A stretch of DNA of 64,000 nucleotides from Octopus vulgaris (GCA_951406725.2 OX597822.1:5890001-5954000), one strand, 5' to 3'. Numbered from the stretch's first letter, positions 13,055 through 27,106 are shown. The notes: generated from the letters alone by a model not told the origin. Made by a program: numbers and translations.

Positions 13055-13403
13055 TCCTCTGCCTTTGCTAAGGCGGAGGTATTGTTTTCAGCCGCATTTT
13101 GTTTGTTTGTCTGTGGACAAGATACCTCAAGAACTGCTGGATGGATTTGGATGAAACTTTCAGAGATGCTTGGCCTCGTAACTGGCCTGAACTGATTAGA
13201 TTTTGGGATTGATTTGGTACCAGATAAGGATTATGGATTATATTTCCTGTTTTTTTTTTACTTAATTTTTGAGAGTGGCCAGGTTCATTCTTAGTATTCT
13301 CGTTTGTGAGAGCAGCCAGGTTTATTTCAGATTTTCTCATTTTAAAAATCATCTCTGGCTAATCGTTGAGAGGACGTTGGTGTTGCCTTGGTGGAGGTTT
13401 GCG
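13055..13403 (+). mobile_element. Non-autonomous Helitron/Helentron-like element
   Basis: 5' CTCTGCCTT...AAGGCGGAGG palindrome; 3' CTTGGTGGAGG...GAGTGCTCTTGTT end. Confidence 0.5.
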
Positions 13404-13422
13404 TTCTCTGAGTGCTCTTGTT

Positions 13423-13453
<31 letters not shown>

Positions 13454-14276
13454 CTACTTTCTTCCAGCTCTGCATTCTGTGTTGAAATTCCTCTGAGGTT
13501 AATTTTGCCTTTCATCCTTTTGGGGTTGATAAAATAAGTACCAGTTGACCACAGGTGGTGGTAGGCCTTGTGCCTATAGTAAAAAGGGATACCATTAATT
13601 TGTTGCAGCAAGCTGGCAGAATTGTTAGCACACTGGTCAAAATGCTTAGGAACATGTTATCTATCTTGACTTTCTGAGTTCAAATTTCACTGAGGTCAAC
13701 TTTATCTTTTATCTTTTTGGGGCTCAGTTGAATACTGGGGTCGATGTCATTGACTAACTCCCTCCACCAAAATATCTATAGCAGAAAGGATTACTTCTTT
13801 ATTAGTGAGTTTATTTAATTAAAGTAATTGATTACTAATTGAACTGTTAGCTCAATCAACACTCAGCCTTTTTGCTTGAGTCATTTCCATGACATCCATG
13901 ACCTCACCAATGACATGCTCTTGTTACTCTAGGCTCCTTCTTCAGAAAGGGCTCTGACAAACTAGCTCAATGAATGACTGATCAAATAATTAATCAAGAA
14001 ATTAATTAGTCATTGGTGAAATGGTTAATTGATTAACCAGTTGATTAATAATAACAAAACTGAAGTGATATAGAACCAGAATGCTTCTTATTGGTAAATG
14101 GCCCTCCTAATATACAATATCTGTTTCAATGCATGATTTCATGTCAGCAATCTTGCAATGTAAAATTTACAAAAACAATATGTGTGTCTGTGTGTTTATA
14201 TGTTTGTGCATATGTGCGCATGTGTGTGTGTGTGTGTGTGCGCACACGTGTGTGTCTGTATACTCATATATATATA

Positions 14277-14472
14277 GGGAGAGTTTATGAAAATAAACAA
14301 AAGACGAAGACAGGTGGTGTACAAAACAAACAGATGTATTAGTATAACGCTCAGGAATAGAAAAAGGCTTTTACATTTCGAGCCTACGCTCTTCTACGGG
14401 AAGGGACACAGAAAAAACAAGGAGAGAAAAAAAGGAGAGAAAAACTGTGTGTAATAGCTAACGATCTATCAT
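14277..14472 (-). mobile_element. (TA)n-inserted ~200-nt module with minimal HHR (retrozyme/pLTR-like)
   Basis: Minus strand CCGTAGA-A-GAGC GTAG GCTC-GAAA-TG-TA-AAAG; homologous to 38640-38850. Confidence 0.75.
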
Positions 14473-14888
14473 GTGTATATATATATATATATACAACAAA
14501 AATTAAAATTTTGGATACAAAGTTACCAAAGATTTCGTATCCACAAAGCCAGACTCTATAAAATGACTAAAACATAAAGATTTTCTATGTCGCGGACATG
14601 AGAAAATGCTCAGAAATTGAGATTTAAGTTTTAACATATAAAAATGTTAATGAGCATGGGTTGCCTCCCTTGCACCAGAAGATAAAACAAACTTTATAGA
14701 CCCCCAAAAAGCATAACCAGCAAACGGGGAGTTCCAAATTTCCAGTAGGTAGCCCTTGAAGTACACACATTTAGAAAACACTTCTTTAAGACTATTTAAT
14801 GCATCAGGAGTTTAACCCTTAAGAATTTTGGCTCTCTCCATGATTCAGATTTTGCAATGACCACTTCCATTAATATATGGGCCTGGAG

Positions 14889-15107
14889 CAGTGCTTTTTA
14901 AACTTTTTGCTGGAGCGGAACCCCAAGGAAACATTCCACTTGTTTGAGGAACCCCTGTGCAATAGTTTAATAGTCTTATGCACACATATCTGCACAGGAG
15001 AATTAAAAATTACTGCCGATTTTAGCAGTTTTGTAACTTCTTGCGAAACCCCTGGACTGTACTGGCGGAACCCTAAGGTTCCGCAGAACCCTGGTTGAAA
15101 ATCACTG
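14889..15107. mobile_element. hAT-type MITE
   Basis: TIR CAGTG...CACTG; 8-bp TSD GCCTGGAG / GCCTGGAT. Confidence 0.85.
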
Positions 15108-15124
15108 GCCTGGATGATCTATTA

Positions 15125-15770
15125 TACAGGCTGGGAACAAATTTTATGGACATCAATGTGTTCGTATTGAATTTGCATTTGTCAAAATCAAGTGTGGAAA
15201 GCAGCATCCGTCATGATGTATTTCATTGATGTATTTCTGAAGGTGTTCTTGGATGTTGGCCTCCACTCTCCCCAGCATTGCTTTGTCAATTTGGGTGGCT
15301 TCCATATGAATAGCTTCCTTCAAATCGCCCAATGCACATATACATGTGCCTTGAGTTTTCCCCACAAGAAATAGTCACACATGGACAAATCAGGGAACCT
15401 GGAAATGAGGTGGTCACTGAAGAGAAGGCAAAGAATTTCCATTGATGCTCTGGCTGTGGGGGCCATTGCCCCATCCTGCTGAAACCTCACATGTTGAATA
15501 GGCGTACATTTTCATTGTAATTCAGGAACAAAGAAGTTGTTTATCATCTCGATGTAACACTTGGAGTTCTCAGTAATAGCATTTCCATTATTGTCTTGAA
15601 AACAGTAAGGATCAATGATGGTAGCTTTTCCATTAGCACACCAGACTGTCACATTTGGGCTGTGCAGTGGTCTTTTGTGCAGTTCTCTCAGATTTTCAAG
15701 AGCCCAATAACGATAGTTCTGTTAATTTCCCATGCCACTGAGACAGAAATGAGCTTCATCACTCATTAAC
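15125..15770 (-). mobile_element. Tc1/mariner-superfamily transposase remnant
   Basis: Minus-strand FQQDGA and PGSLICPC...FLWG (decayed SPDL..DxFLWG) motifs. Confidence 0.65.
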
Positions 15771-15774
15771 AAAA

Positions 15775-16551
15775 TGAGGTTGTCATTTGCCTCAAAAATT
15801 GCATATTTTATTTATTCAATAAAATCACCATTGGCTTCTACCACAGCCTCCAGACGACTTCAGAATTTCCTGCAACTCTTCTGGATGGTCTCTTTGTTTA
15901 AGTTGGTCAATGCTGCCATAATCCTTGCTTTCAGTTCATATTTGGTGTTACAAGGAGTTTTGTTGGTTTCTCACACAACTGCGCTCTACACCTAATAATC
16001 AAGGAGGTTGCAGTCTGAGAACTTAGGTGGCCAGATGTTAGGGGTGATGTGAATGGAGGAATTGTCTGACAGCCATGACTGGGTTCTCCTTGTGTGATAT
16101 GGTGCAGAGTCCTGTTGCCAGACATAGGGTCTTCCAGCAGTTACCCTTTTGATCCAGGACAGCACTACCTTCTCCAGGCACTTGATGTAGGCCTCTGTGT
16201 TGAGTATGAAGCTGTGTGGGAAGATGAATGGAAGCATAACATCACCATCACTAGTAATCACTCCGAACACCATGATGCTGACTTTTGGTACATGTTCTCT
16301 GATTGCACTGCCCTCAGATTGACTCCCAAACATTCTGAAATGTTCATATTGGAGCTTCTGGTGTGAATTGCAAGCAATTCTGCATGTCGTTTCCAAATTT
16401 CTGGCAGAGTGAATTGTGTCATGGTGCTGTTTTGCTCAGAGACAGTGCCCAACTAACCCTACTATACTGTGTACTGGACAAAATCATAAACAATGTACAT
16501 GCGTGAAATTAAAACTATAAAATGGCAACAACTCACCCATCGCTCCCTGTA
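15775..16551 (-). mobile_element. Internally deleted maT/DD37D-like Tc1/mariner element
   Basis: IMVFGVITSDG, YVWQQDSAPYH and WPPKFSDCNLLDY motifs; same family as 23795-24150. Confidence 0.8.
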
Positions 16552-16664
16552 TACACACATACACACACACACACATATGTAAATGTGTATGTGTATAGAT
16601 TTGTATAAGCCATGCTAGCATAGAAAAGTGATATGAAAGCATATATTATATGTATATGTATATG

Positions 16665-16705
<41 letters not shown>

Positions 16706-17269
16706 GTATATATATATATATATATGAACACACACACACACATGTATATGTTTATATGTCTGTAAATGTGTGTGTGTGTGTGTGTGTTTGTACATGAATA
16801 TGTCGGGTGAGGTGCATGACTGTTTGTGTATATATAAAAGCAATCGAAAGCAATAGAATTTTGACTTTGAAAACAGGAACCAACGTAAAGTAGCAACAGT
16901 TTTACCAATTATTCAAGAGAGTAGATAAGAAGACAGTGCCAATAATTCTAAAAGAGGCATACCTTTAATATCCTGAGTGAATTGAAATTTTTTGCTAATG
17001 TCTCAAAGATTAATAATTAGTAACTTTTAGCTTTTGATTTCCCAGGAGATAAGTAATATCTTTCTTGCAAACAAGATTAAAAATAGCCAGATAATCACTG
17101 GAATTCAAGGTGATTAGTGGTGCTGGTCAGACTGTAACGTATGCCAAACCACACCTTTGGTTTCCCCTCTTCATGCTCAGCCTACCTCTTCCTTACTATT
17201 TTCCAACATTTTGTTTTCATTCTTTTGTCTCTCCTCTGTTTACAATGTTTATGGTTATGAGGTTGTATA

Positions 17270-17391
17270 TACATATATACACACACATATACATACATAC
17301 GTACATATGTATAAATGTATATATATATATATATATATCCATACATATATATACATATATTCACATATATATTACGACACATTCACACAAT

Positions 17392-17472
<81 letters not shown>

Positions 17473-17557
17473 TAAAATAAAATTAATAATTATATATATA
17501 TATACCATACATATATATACATATATACACATATATATTACAACACACGCACACAAT

Positions 17558-17600
<43 letters not shown>

Positions 17601-17696
17601 TTTTTTATTCTTTTATATGTTTTAGCCCTGAGGGTGTGGGCATATATGTATATACATGTATACATATATATAGATATGAATATATATATATATATA

Positions 17697-17738
<42 letters not shown>

Positions 17739-17741
17739 CAT

Positions 17742-17783
<42 letters not shown>
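17270..17783. repeat. Compound (TA)n microsatellite with an internal duplicated unit
   Basis: Directly visible. Confidence 0.9.
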
Positions 17784-17788
<5 letters not shown>

Positions 17789-17965
17789 AAATTTACAGAA
17801 AAACAAAAGATGAAGACAGGTGTATAAACAACAAACAGGTGCATTAGTTTAACGCTTGGGAAGGTGAGAAAGTCTTTTACATTTCGAGTCTATACTCTTC
17901 AACTGAAAGGAACATGTGGAAATAAACAGAGAGAGAATAGCAGTCAATCATGGTGGCTACACATG
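17784..17965 (-). mobile_element. (TA)n-inserted ~180-nt module with minimal HHR
   Basis: Minus strand CAGTTGA-A-GAGT ATAG ACTC-GAAA-TG-TA-AAAGA (17872-17910). Confidence 0.75.
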
Positions 17966-18289
17966 AACACACACACACACACACATATATATAAACGTGC
18001 ACACACACATACATATATATACACATATATACACACACATATATATATGTATTTAGGTTTGTGTGTGAGCTGGCATTTATATGCATATATGTATGTATAT
18101 GCATATATATATGTATGTATATGCATATACATATGCATATATATGTGTGCATGTACTTATATATATGTACATGTGTGTGTGTGTGTGTATAAGCACCTCA
18201 AAAGTTGTTAAAAGTCTTGCTTGGAAAAAGTGCTGTTGGAGATTAAGAAAAGTCTGCACCAATCTCATGAAAAAATGAGAGCAAATAAG

Positions 18290-18650
18290 GAAGCTTGGGT
18301 TATAGTAAAAAATCAAGTTTTTTAAGAAACAGCCTCAGTATGCCAAAAGATATGACTCCTCTTCCAAAAAGATGGCTACCTCACAGGAAACCCAATGAGG
18401 ATAAGTGAAATACTGAATTAGCAGTTCTGAAGTGTGTTCACTACCCCAGCAGAATTTTTTACTACTTTACCTGTAAACCAAAGGGGCAATAATTGATTAC
18501 ATCAATATTAAAGAAGAAAACATGACACTGACCATAGATGAGGTTGACACAAACTCAGATGCTGGCCCTGATAGATTCTCAGCAGTCCTTTTCAAATCAT
18601 GCAAATGAGCCCTTGCAAAACCACTGCAGCTTCTTTTTCAGGGCTCTCTT
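18290..18650 (+). mobile_element. CR1/Jockey-like LINE fragment
   Basis: ILN*QF*SVFTT...AGPDRF resembles the region upstream of the RT domain. Confidence 0.45.
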
Positions 18651-19562
18651 GCAAGTGGTAAGCTCCCAGACAAACTAGCAAAACCAAAGTCTTAGTAAGT
18701 AGGAAAGCAGACAAATCACAAACCCCTTTAAGTAGATAGCCCTGCTCAATCTGTAGAAAAGGTGTATGTAGAAACCCCATAATATGTACCTGCTGTAAGC
18801 TACGGACACATGAGAGGTGCAGCAATATCAAAGGAAGGTTAACTGGGAAGGTAATTTTTGTGTGTGGCAGATGCACAGGTGCAATATACACCAAAGATAT
18901 ACAGAATGCAAATTGCATCATATACCAAGGGGGAAGGCTATAAGTATTTAATAGCTTCCCTTTCCGAGGTGACCAAGTCAGTAGTTGGGGTGGATGCTCT
19001 GAGAGTGTAGCTGCTAGAATAAGGATAGCCTGAGCAAAGTTCAAAGAGCTCCTGCCTCTGCTGGTAACAAAGGGTCTCTTGCTCAGAGTGAAAGGTAGAC
19101 TGTATGATGCCTGTGTGGGAACAGCCATGCTACACAGCTTGAAAGAAACGAAGCTAGTATGCTCCACTGGATGTGTAATGTCACTGTGTCTACACAACAG
19201 AATCCAAGCAACCTGAGAGTAAAGTTGGACATAAGAAGCATCAGATGTGGTGTGCAAGAGAGATGACTGCACTGGTACAGTCATGTGTTGTGCATGGATG
19301 AAGACAGTTGTGTGAAAAAGTGTCACACCTTAACAGAGGAGGGAACCTGTGCAAGAGGTAGACCCAGGAAGACCTGGAATGAGATGGTGAAGCACAGCCT
19401 TGAAACATTGGGTCTCACAGAGGCAATAACAAGTGACCAAGACCCTTGGAGATATGCTGTGCTTGAGAAGACCCAGCAGGACAAGTGAGAACATAGCCAT
19501 GGCTGATGTTAGTGTCACATAACTGGCTCATTTAAAAGTACCCTTCAATCATTGGGCAATAT

Positions 19563-19793
19563 GCGGCAAGCTGGTAGAATCATTAGCACACTGGGCGAAA
19601 TGCTTAGCAGTATATTGTCTGCCATTATGTTCTGAGTTCGAATTCTGCCAAGGTTGACTTTGCCTTTCATCCTTTTGGGATCAATCAAATAAGTACCAGT
19701 TATGCACTGAGGTCAATGTAGTCAACTTCATCCCTTTGTGTGTCCTTGTTTGTCCCCTCTATGCTTAGCCCCCTGTGGGCAATAAAGAAATAA
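19563..19793 (+). mobile_element. SINE family C (Nin/Deu-domain-like), nested in the RTE UTR
   Basis: GCTGGTAGAATC...GAGTTCGAATTC...GCCTTTCATCC...AAGTACCAG. Confidence 0.85.
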
Positions 19794-19934
19794 ATGTGCC
19801 AAGAAGAACTGTTGAATGAAGCGAAATCGTAGTTGTGCCCAGTGCTGGTGCTGCGTGACTGGTACCCATGCCAGAGGCACGTAAAAATTACCATTTGGTT
19901 GTGACTGATGCTGGTGTCACCTAACTGGCACCGT

Positions 19935-20253
19935 GAGGGCGCGTGGCTTAGTGGTTAGGGCATCCGGCTCATGATCGTAAGGTTGTGAGTTTGATTCCCG
20001 GCGACGCGTTGTGTCCTTGAGCAAGACACTTTATTTCACGTTGCTCCAGTCCACTCAGCTGGCAAAAATGAGTTGTACTTGTATTTCAAAGGGTCAGCCT
20101 TGTCACTCTCTGTGTCACGCTGATTTTCCCCGAGAACTACGTTAAGGGTACACGTGTCTGTGGAATGCTCAGCCATTTGCACATTAATTTCACGAGCAAG
20201 CTGTTCTGTTGATCGTATCAGCTGGGACCCTCGTCGTCGTAACCGGTGGAGTC
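19935..20253 (+). mobile_element. SINE family B (tRNA head with a CAT anticodon-like loop), young copy
   Basis: TGGCTTAGTGG A-box, CTCATGA loop, B-box, TGTGTCCTTGAGCAAGACAC core; CpG-rich. Confidence 0.85.
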
Positions 20254-20664
20254 TTTGAACTGGCACCTGTGCTGGTGATGCATAAAATGCACCATATGCC
20301 AGTGCTGGCTGACTGGGTCCTGTGCAGGTGGCATGTAAAAACCACCCATTGCACTCTTGGAGTGGTTGGCATTAGGTAGGGCATCCAGCTATAGATACCT
20401 TGCCAAATTATATTGGAGCCTGGTGCAACCTCCTTGCTTGCCAATGCTCAGTCAAAGCATCCAACCCATGCTTGCATGGAAAGCAGACATTAAATGATGA
20501 TGATGATGATGATGATGGTATATATCCGTGTATGTGAGTGTGTGCATTTGTGTATATGTGTATGTGCATGTATTCATATATATGTTTGCATGTATAAACA
20601 TGTACATTTATATTACTATATCTTTCTCTCACTCTCTGTCTCTTTCTCATTATGTACATATATC

Positions 20665-20733
<69 letters not shown>

Positions 20734-21000
20734 ATTTCTTGTGCAAAACCAGCAGGTAGATCTCTGCTGGCCCTAGTGATACATTCATTCAAAGTAGTTA
20801 AACAGTATGGGTTCTTCCAAAATTCGTAAAATACATGTCTGAATGAGACAGCAATGCATACAGAGAAAAATAGCAAGTTTCAAATTACAACATTAATAAA
20901 AACAAGGTTTGCATAAAAACATGTTCTTTGGAATAAAGTCATACGTATGCTTTATATGAAAAAAATCAATACATAATTCATAAGTTGAATGAAAAACTTT

Positions 21001-21191
<191 letters not shown>

Positions 21192-21854
21192 TTCTTGATT
21201 TAAAGTTCATTTTTGAGTTTTACATGTGATGTGAATGGATAATGTTGCTGAAGTAATGAGAAAAGAATTTAATGTAAGTGATATGGTGAATAGGTGGATG
21301 TGAGATGCGGAAACTTATTATTATTATTATTATTATAACGACTTGTTCATCTTCAGATGTGTTTAATAGCTAAGATCAGATGTATGAAAGCTGGTAAAGC
21401 TATGTTGTCTTGCTTTCTTTATGCTATACTTGGAATTATAGCGATGTGAAGACTTGCTACAGTGCTGCCAAGATGATTCAAAAATTATTAAGAGGAAGGT
21501 TCTTTTGAGGTTCATTTTATATTGTTCTATTATTCTGGAAGAATACCAGTCACTTATAGTCCTATAAAAACTAGTAGAAAACGGTATGTGATTAAAATGT
21601 CATCAGTTGGATGCGTCATAACTGCCATCAGGCATTTCTTTTACATTCCTTGAAGTGAAGATCATCATCATCATCATCATCGTTTAACGTCCGCTTTCCA
21701 TGCTAGCATGGGTTGGACGGTTCAACTGGGGGTCTGGGAAGCCCGAAGGCTGCACCAGGCCAGTCAGATCTGGCAGTGTTTCTACAGGTGGCTGCCCTTC
21801 CTAACGCCAACCACTCCGTGCGTGTATAATAATAATAATAATAATAATAACAAC

Positions 21855-21893
<39 letters not shown>

Positions 21894-22029
21894 TTTAATA
21901 AATCAAGAATTTATCTTGCATGGGTGTTTAATATACATATATTCATCTACATAACAGCAAGAACAACAATAATAATAAAGATGATGGTGATGATGATGAT
22001 GATAACAATAATAGTTGACAAGATGTACC

Positions 22030-22467
22030 ACATGTGATATATAGTTGATATTGTGTGTCCCTTTGACTCATGAATAGACAAGAAGGAAGTTGAAAAAAGA
22101 GATAAATACAACCATCTTGAGTACAAAATACTTTTCTGGCCATGGAAAATGAAGACAGTGAAGATAGTGCCAATTATTATTTTGGGGTCCTTGGGGACAG
22201 AATCAGAAGGCATCAAAAGGAATATAAAAGAAATTAGAATAGAGTGCCTTGTAGAACTGCTACAAAGAGGTTGTTTCCTTGGCATGGCCAGAATAGTCAG
22301 GAGAGTATTAGATAGTTGAAAAGAACAGGTAACATGGTACCATAGGCTGCAGGCAGCAAGCTCCCTATTCCTGCAGGACCCCAGGAATTCCAACAAAGCC
22401 TGAGATAAAAAGAAATAATAATAATAATAATAATCATAATAATAATAATAATAATAATCATAATCAC

Positions 22468-22519
<52 letters not shown>

Positions 22520-22520
22520 G
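22030..22520 (+). mobile_element. R4/Dong-like LINE 3' end with (TAA)n tail
   Basis: VDIVCPFD, VKIVPIIILGSLG and CFLGMARIVRRVL motifs, followed by (TAA)n. Confidence 0.7.
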
Positions 22521-22637
22521 ATGCAATAATAATAAATGTAGGATGCACCACTCAAAATATGACATTGAAAAGTTATATACACAAGGTTCTGAAGGTGGTA
22601 GAGGCCTTACACAGCTAGAAAACTATTATAAAAGATA

Positions 22638-23149
22638 CTGTAAATCCTCGAGTATAGTCCACCCTTGAGTATAATATGCACGGGATTTTTAGGGAGCTGT
22701 ATCTCTGAAAAACCTGAACCTTGTGTCTAATACGCACCCCTTCTCTAACCTGAATCAAAGAGGTCTATATAACATCCTTGGTTTGTAAAAATGTATACGG
22801 TAACATCCTTTATTATTATTGTATATATAATATAATGCAAACGTGTAACTTTTTTGAGCATTTTGTTTGCAGAAAATTAAGAAATAACAGTAATAACGCT
22901 TAATGAATGTTGCTTACTGCAAGTTATGGATGATTCTTTTATGAGTTCATTGTTTTCAGGCTTAGCTTAAGGTATTTTCACACCCGACATCACAAAATTT
23001 GTCTGAATAAACATAGCTAGGCAGCAAATAGAGACTAGGACATTGCTCAGAAGATATTTTTCATTTTTAACTTCATATATAGTATGCACTAAGGACTTTG
23101 ACCTTTAAATTTGGGGGAAAAAATGCGGATTATACTCGAGGATTTATGG
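22638..23149. mobile_element. Tc1/pogo-type MITE inserted in an R4-like remnant (22545-23760)
   Basis: TIR CTGTAAATCCTCGAGTATAGTCC / GGATTATACTCGAGGATTTATGG; TA TSD. Confidence 0.85.
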
Positions 23150-23794
23150 TAACCACCACAGGAGTACAGAAATGTCTAATTCAGAAAGAAGGAAAACTGG
23201 TACAAATAGTCAGAAAACATGAGCAAAACAAAGAACTGTTTTCTGTTTTTTAAGGAAGCTGAAAAATACAAGAAAGCAGTCATAATACCTGACAAATGTG
23301 AAGGAAAATAAGAAACAAAAAAGCTGTAAAACAACCGAAATTCCAAGTAAAACTGGAACATCAGTATATCATGATAAATCGATGGCAAGAGAAGCCCTTA
23401 CATTGCTAAACATTGGGATAAACAGAAAAGAAATAGACAAAGTAAAATCCCAAGAATGGTTGAGAAGCTAAGGACTCAATGCAGTGATTGAAGGATTTTT
23501 AATTGTAGCACAAGATCAAAGCCTTTTCTGAGGTGTGTCCAGAAAGGGTCTCAGAAAATGACAAAGCAACCATCCTCTGGGATATACCAATACACACAGA
23601 TAGAGAAACCAAGGTTAATAGATGAGATATAGTTTTCAGAGATCCCTAAGAATAAAAATGCCTTCTAATTGATGTATGAATACCAACAGAAGTCACCAAA
23701 AGCACATAATTAAAAAAAAATACAAGTAAATGCAGAATATGTGGTGATAGAGAAGAAACAATTTATCATATTGTCTCTGGCTGCCCAGTCCTGG

Positions 23795-24150
23795 TTAAGT
23801 GTCTGGCCACCAAATTCCTCAGACTGCAACCCCTTTGATTATTATGTGTGGGGCACAGTTGAGCGAGAGACCAACAAAATTCCTTGTAGCACTAAAGATG
23901 AACTGAAGGCAAGGATTATGGTAAAATTCACCAACTTAAACAAGGAGACCATCCAGAAGAGTTGTAGGAAATTCCGAAGTCATCTGGAGGCCATGGTTGA
24001 AACCAAAGGGGATTTTATTGAATAAATTTACTCTTTAGTATATCAAGCTATTTTTATGTAATTTTGATTAGTATATTTGTTAAAATGAGGCGTCAGTGTT
24101 ATTTTCATTTTTGTGTAATTTAGACGACAATATATTCACTGCCCCCTGGA
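23795..24150 (+). mobile_element. maT/DD37D-like transposon 3' end
   Basis: WPPNSSDCNPFDYYVWG...FRSHLEAMVETKGDFIE*. Confidence 0.85.
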
Positions 24151-24151
24151 C

Positions 24152-24420
24152 ATTTAGTGGCTCCTTTGTCATATAGGAGCGAAGCCATTGCTAGAAAGAA
24201 TCATTGAAATGAGTCATTGATGATGATGCAATGTGTGGCTCTCTTATATAACTCTTGATCCAACCAAAGATTTCACATTTTTTTGCATAATACACAGTTG
24301 TGTTGGCAGGCAGAAAGAATCGGTGCCACAGTATAAAGTCTTTTGACATGTTTTCTTAATCCTGCAATTGAATGGCACACCTTTCCACAAGTTACACAAA
24401 TTCTGATGTCAACAATAGCT
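24152..24420 (-). mobile_element. RTE-like LINE 3' end with C2H2 finger
   Basis: CVTCGKVCHSIAGLRKH. Confidence 0.55.
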
Positions 24421-24453
<33 letters not shown>

Positions 24454-24546
24454 ACACACACACATGTTTGTGTTGAACTGGAAGAATTAATTCTCTGTAC
24501 TGGATGGTCAGATAAATAATTTCTTTTAATAGATATCAGTAATTCA

Positions 24547-24718
24547 ATACCGTAAGTTTTGCGTGAAAATATTTTCAGTTATTTGATTGGAATTTGAATA
24601 ATGGCTGGCAAATCTGCCATTTAAACATTGCAATTGCTCAGCGATTACACTATGCAGGCAATATTCAGTCACAGTGAACATACAATGATTGATTGAGAAG
24701 CAGGAGTGACTGACTAGC
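24547..24718 (-). CDS. Candidate exon (VSHSCFSINHCMFTVTEYCLHSVIAEQLQCLNGRF...TQNLR)
   Basis: Open frame in unique sequence; its phase-2 donor (CG|GTATTG) joins the 8992 acceptor in frame; acceptor is weak. Confidence 0.3.
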
Positions 24719-25013
24719 TTTGAGAATGGTATACTGCAGACACATGATGCAAGCAGCAATATATATGCAAATACATGAAGCACACATATATAAAATGCAT
24801 GCATGCATGTCCACATACAAATCTATTAGACAGTATATCACCTACCCGCTCCATTCGTTCCATATGTCTCTTTTCCAATTACTTATTTCAGTCATTGGAC
24901 TGCAGCCATGCTGGGGCTCTGCCTTGAAAAGTTTAGTTGAATAAATTGGTACCAGTATTTTTTATTATTATTAAAGTCTAGTGCTTATTTTATTGGTCAC
25001 TTTCGCCAAGTAT

Positions 25014-25181
25014 ATAGGCGTAGGAGTGGCTGTGTGGTAAGTAGCTTGCTTATGAACCACATGGTTCCGGGTTCAGTCCCACTGCGCAGCACATTGGGCA
25101 AGTGTCTTCTACTAGAGCCTCAGGCCGACCAAAGCCTTGTGAGTGGATTTAGTAGACGGAAACTGAAAGAAGCCTGCCGTA

Positions 25182-25227
<46 letters not shown>

Positions 25228-25445
25228 AGTATATGTTTGTCTGTCTGTGTTTGTCCCCCCAACATTGCTTGACAATGTTGGTGTGTTTACATCCCCATAA
25301 CTTAGTGGTTTGGCGAAAGAGACCGATAGAATAAGGACCAGGCTTACAAAGAATAAGTCCTGGGGTTGATTTGCTCGACTAAATGTGGTGCTCCAGCATA
25401 GCCTTAGTCAAATGACTGAAAAAAGTAAAACAGTAAAACAGTAAA
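25014..25445 (+). mobile_element. SINE family A
   Basis: Full-length match to 297-695. Confidence 0.9.
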
Positions 25446-26430
25446 TGGCTAAGTTATATGAATGTAAAAAATCTAACAGTATTTGTTAAACTAGTGGGGA
25501 CAAATACAAAGACACACACACACACACGCACACAACTGGCTTTCATACAGTTTCCATCTATCAAATTCTTTCAAAAAGCATTGACCGACCCAGGTCTCAT
25601 ACAGTAGAAAACACTTGCTCAAGGTGCCACACATTGAGATTGAACTTGAAGCCACATGGTTGCAAAGCAAGCTTTTTAACCACACCGCCATGCTTGCTCC
25701 TAAACATTAATATGTCTAACCTCATTTCTAGGTTTCAATAATTCCATCATGCTATAATATCAAGGGGAGTAGACATCCAATACAAAAGATAATAACCACT
25801 CACTGAAAATTTCTATATATTAAATACACATAAATTCTATTTACTCATTTTTATTCATATACACCATACAGGCAGACGTGCGTATATAAACCAGAAAATG
25901 CACCCCAGCTTCAACCACTACAATATAATATCCACAATATACATACAACACCACTGATATAGGTTAATATACTCCAGTTCTGTATACATTCTGATGATAC
26001 AAAGATGTTTCTTAATCAATTTTTGTGGCCAATTAAAAGCACTAGAGAAATAACCAGTACTACACACTCCCTGAAATTTTACTTACATTTATATAGACTT
26101 AATTCTTTTGTAAAAGGAGAGAAAATTTCATTGATGACATGACATTTTGCATATCTGCAAAATGTCATCATTGCTGACATTTTGCATATCTGTAGTCTCA
26201 TGGAATCTCATGGAATCTCGTGCCACATTCTTGTTCATTTAAATGTAAGTGTTGTCTTCTATTATTATTCTGATTGAATAATTGTAAAATTATTCACACA
26301 AAGCCTATGGTACTGAACTAATGATTTTTATGGAAAGAAATATATATATCGAATGTAGGATAAAATTTCTTCGAAAAAAACTTTTATCAATGGCCAGCAT
26401 ATTAAAAAATACATTTAAAGGTTAAATTTA

Positions 26431-26819
26431 TAAATAACTTATAAAATGAGGGCAAAAGAAAAATTCTAATGCTAAATATGCCAAAAATAGACAAAATTGT
26501 CAATAACCATTATAATTTTTGTGTCTCGAAACAAACCGATAGAAATTTCTAAAAAAATTCCATTAATTCTGAAATTTCTAAAAAATTCCATGAGTATGAG
26601 TAGGTATTTCATTTATGTCTTACGTATTTATTGCTGAGGAGGAGAAAATTCTTATGAATTAACTCTGAAATTGGGACCAATATGGTAATAACGGAATTTT
26701 TTAGAAATTTTTATCGGCTTGTTTCGAGACACATAAATTATAATGGTTATTGACAATTTTGTCTAATTTCGGCATATTTGGCATTAGAATTTTTATTTTG
26801 TCCTTATTTTATAAGTTAT
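26431..26819. repeat. ~130-bp inverted repeat (26431-26561 / 26693-26819) inside a (TA)n-flanked Penelope-pLTR-like insert
   Basis: Arms are reverse complements with scattered mismatches. Confidence 0.9.
26628..26688 (+). ncRNA. Type I hammerhead ribozyme
   Basis: TTATTG-CTGAGGA-GGAG AA AATTC TTAT GAATT AA CTCT-GAAA-TTG GGAC CAA-TA-TGGTAA: full core and three stems. Confidence 0.75.
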
Positions 26820-26951
26820 ATATATATATATATATAAATACAAATGGGACAAGAACATAAAACATCCAGATAGACGATACAAAAAAACGCGGACGGGTCA
26901 TTCGAAGCCTTTAATCTTCAGTCAAGAACCAGATCATCCTTGCAATTTCGG

Positions 26952-27106
<155 letters not shown>

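Larger units (their letters stand above)
18653..20517 (+). mobile_element. RTE-clade LINE 3' portion with nested SINEs and (TGA)n tail
   Basis: KGRLYDACV and EGTCARGRPRKTW motifs, then a repeat-containing UTR ending GATGATGATG. Confidence 0.85.

Noticed and set aside
18592-19326. 244-aa minus-strand ORF
   Set aside because: Antisense to the RTE ORF2 remnant
19935-20010. tRNA genes at SINE heads
   Set aside because: No acceptor stem closure, and each continues into a SINE body present in many copies
24273-24461. Host C2H2 zinc-finger gene
   Set aside because: Isolated finger with the CGKVCxSxAGLxxH pattern typical of RTE LINE C-termini; no exon context
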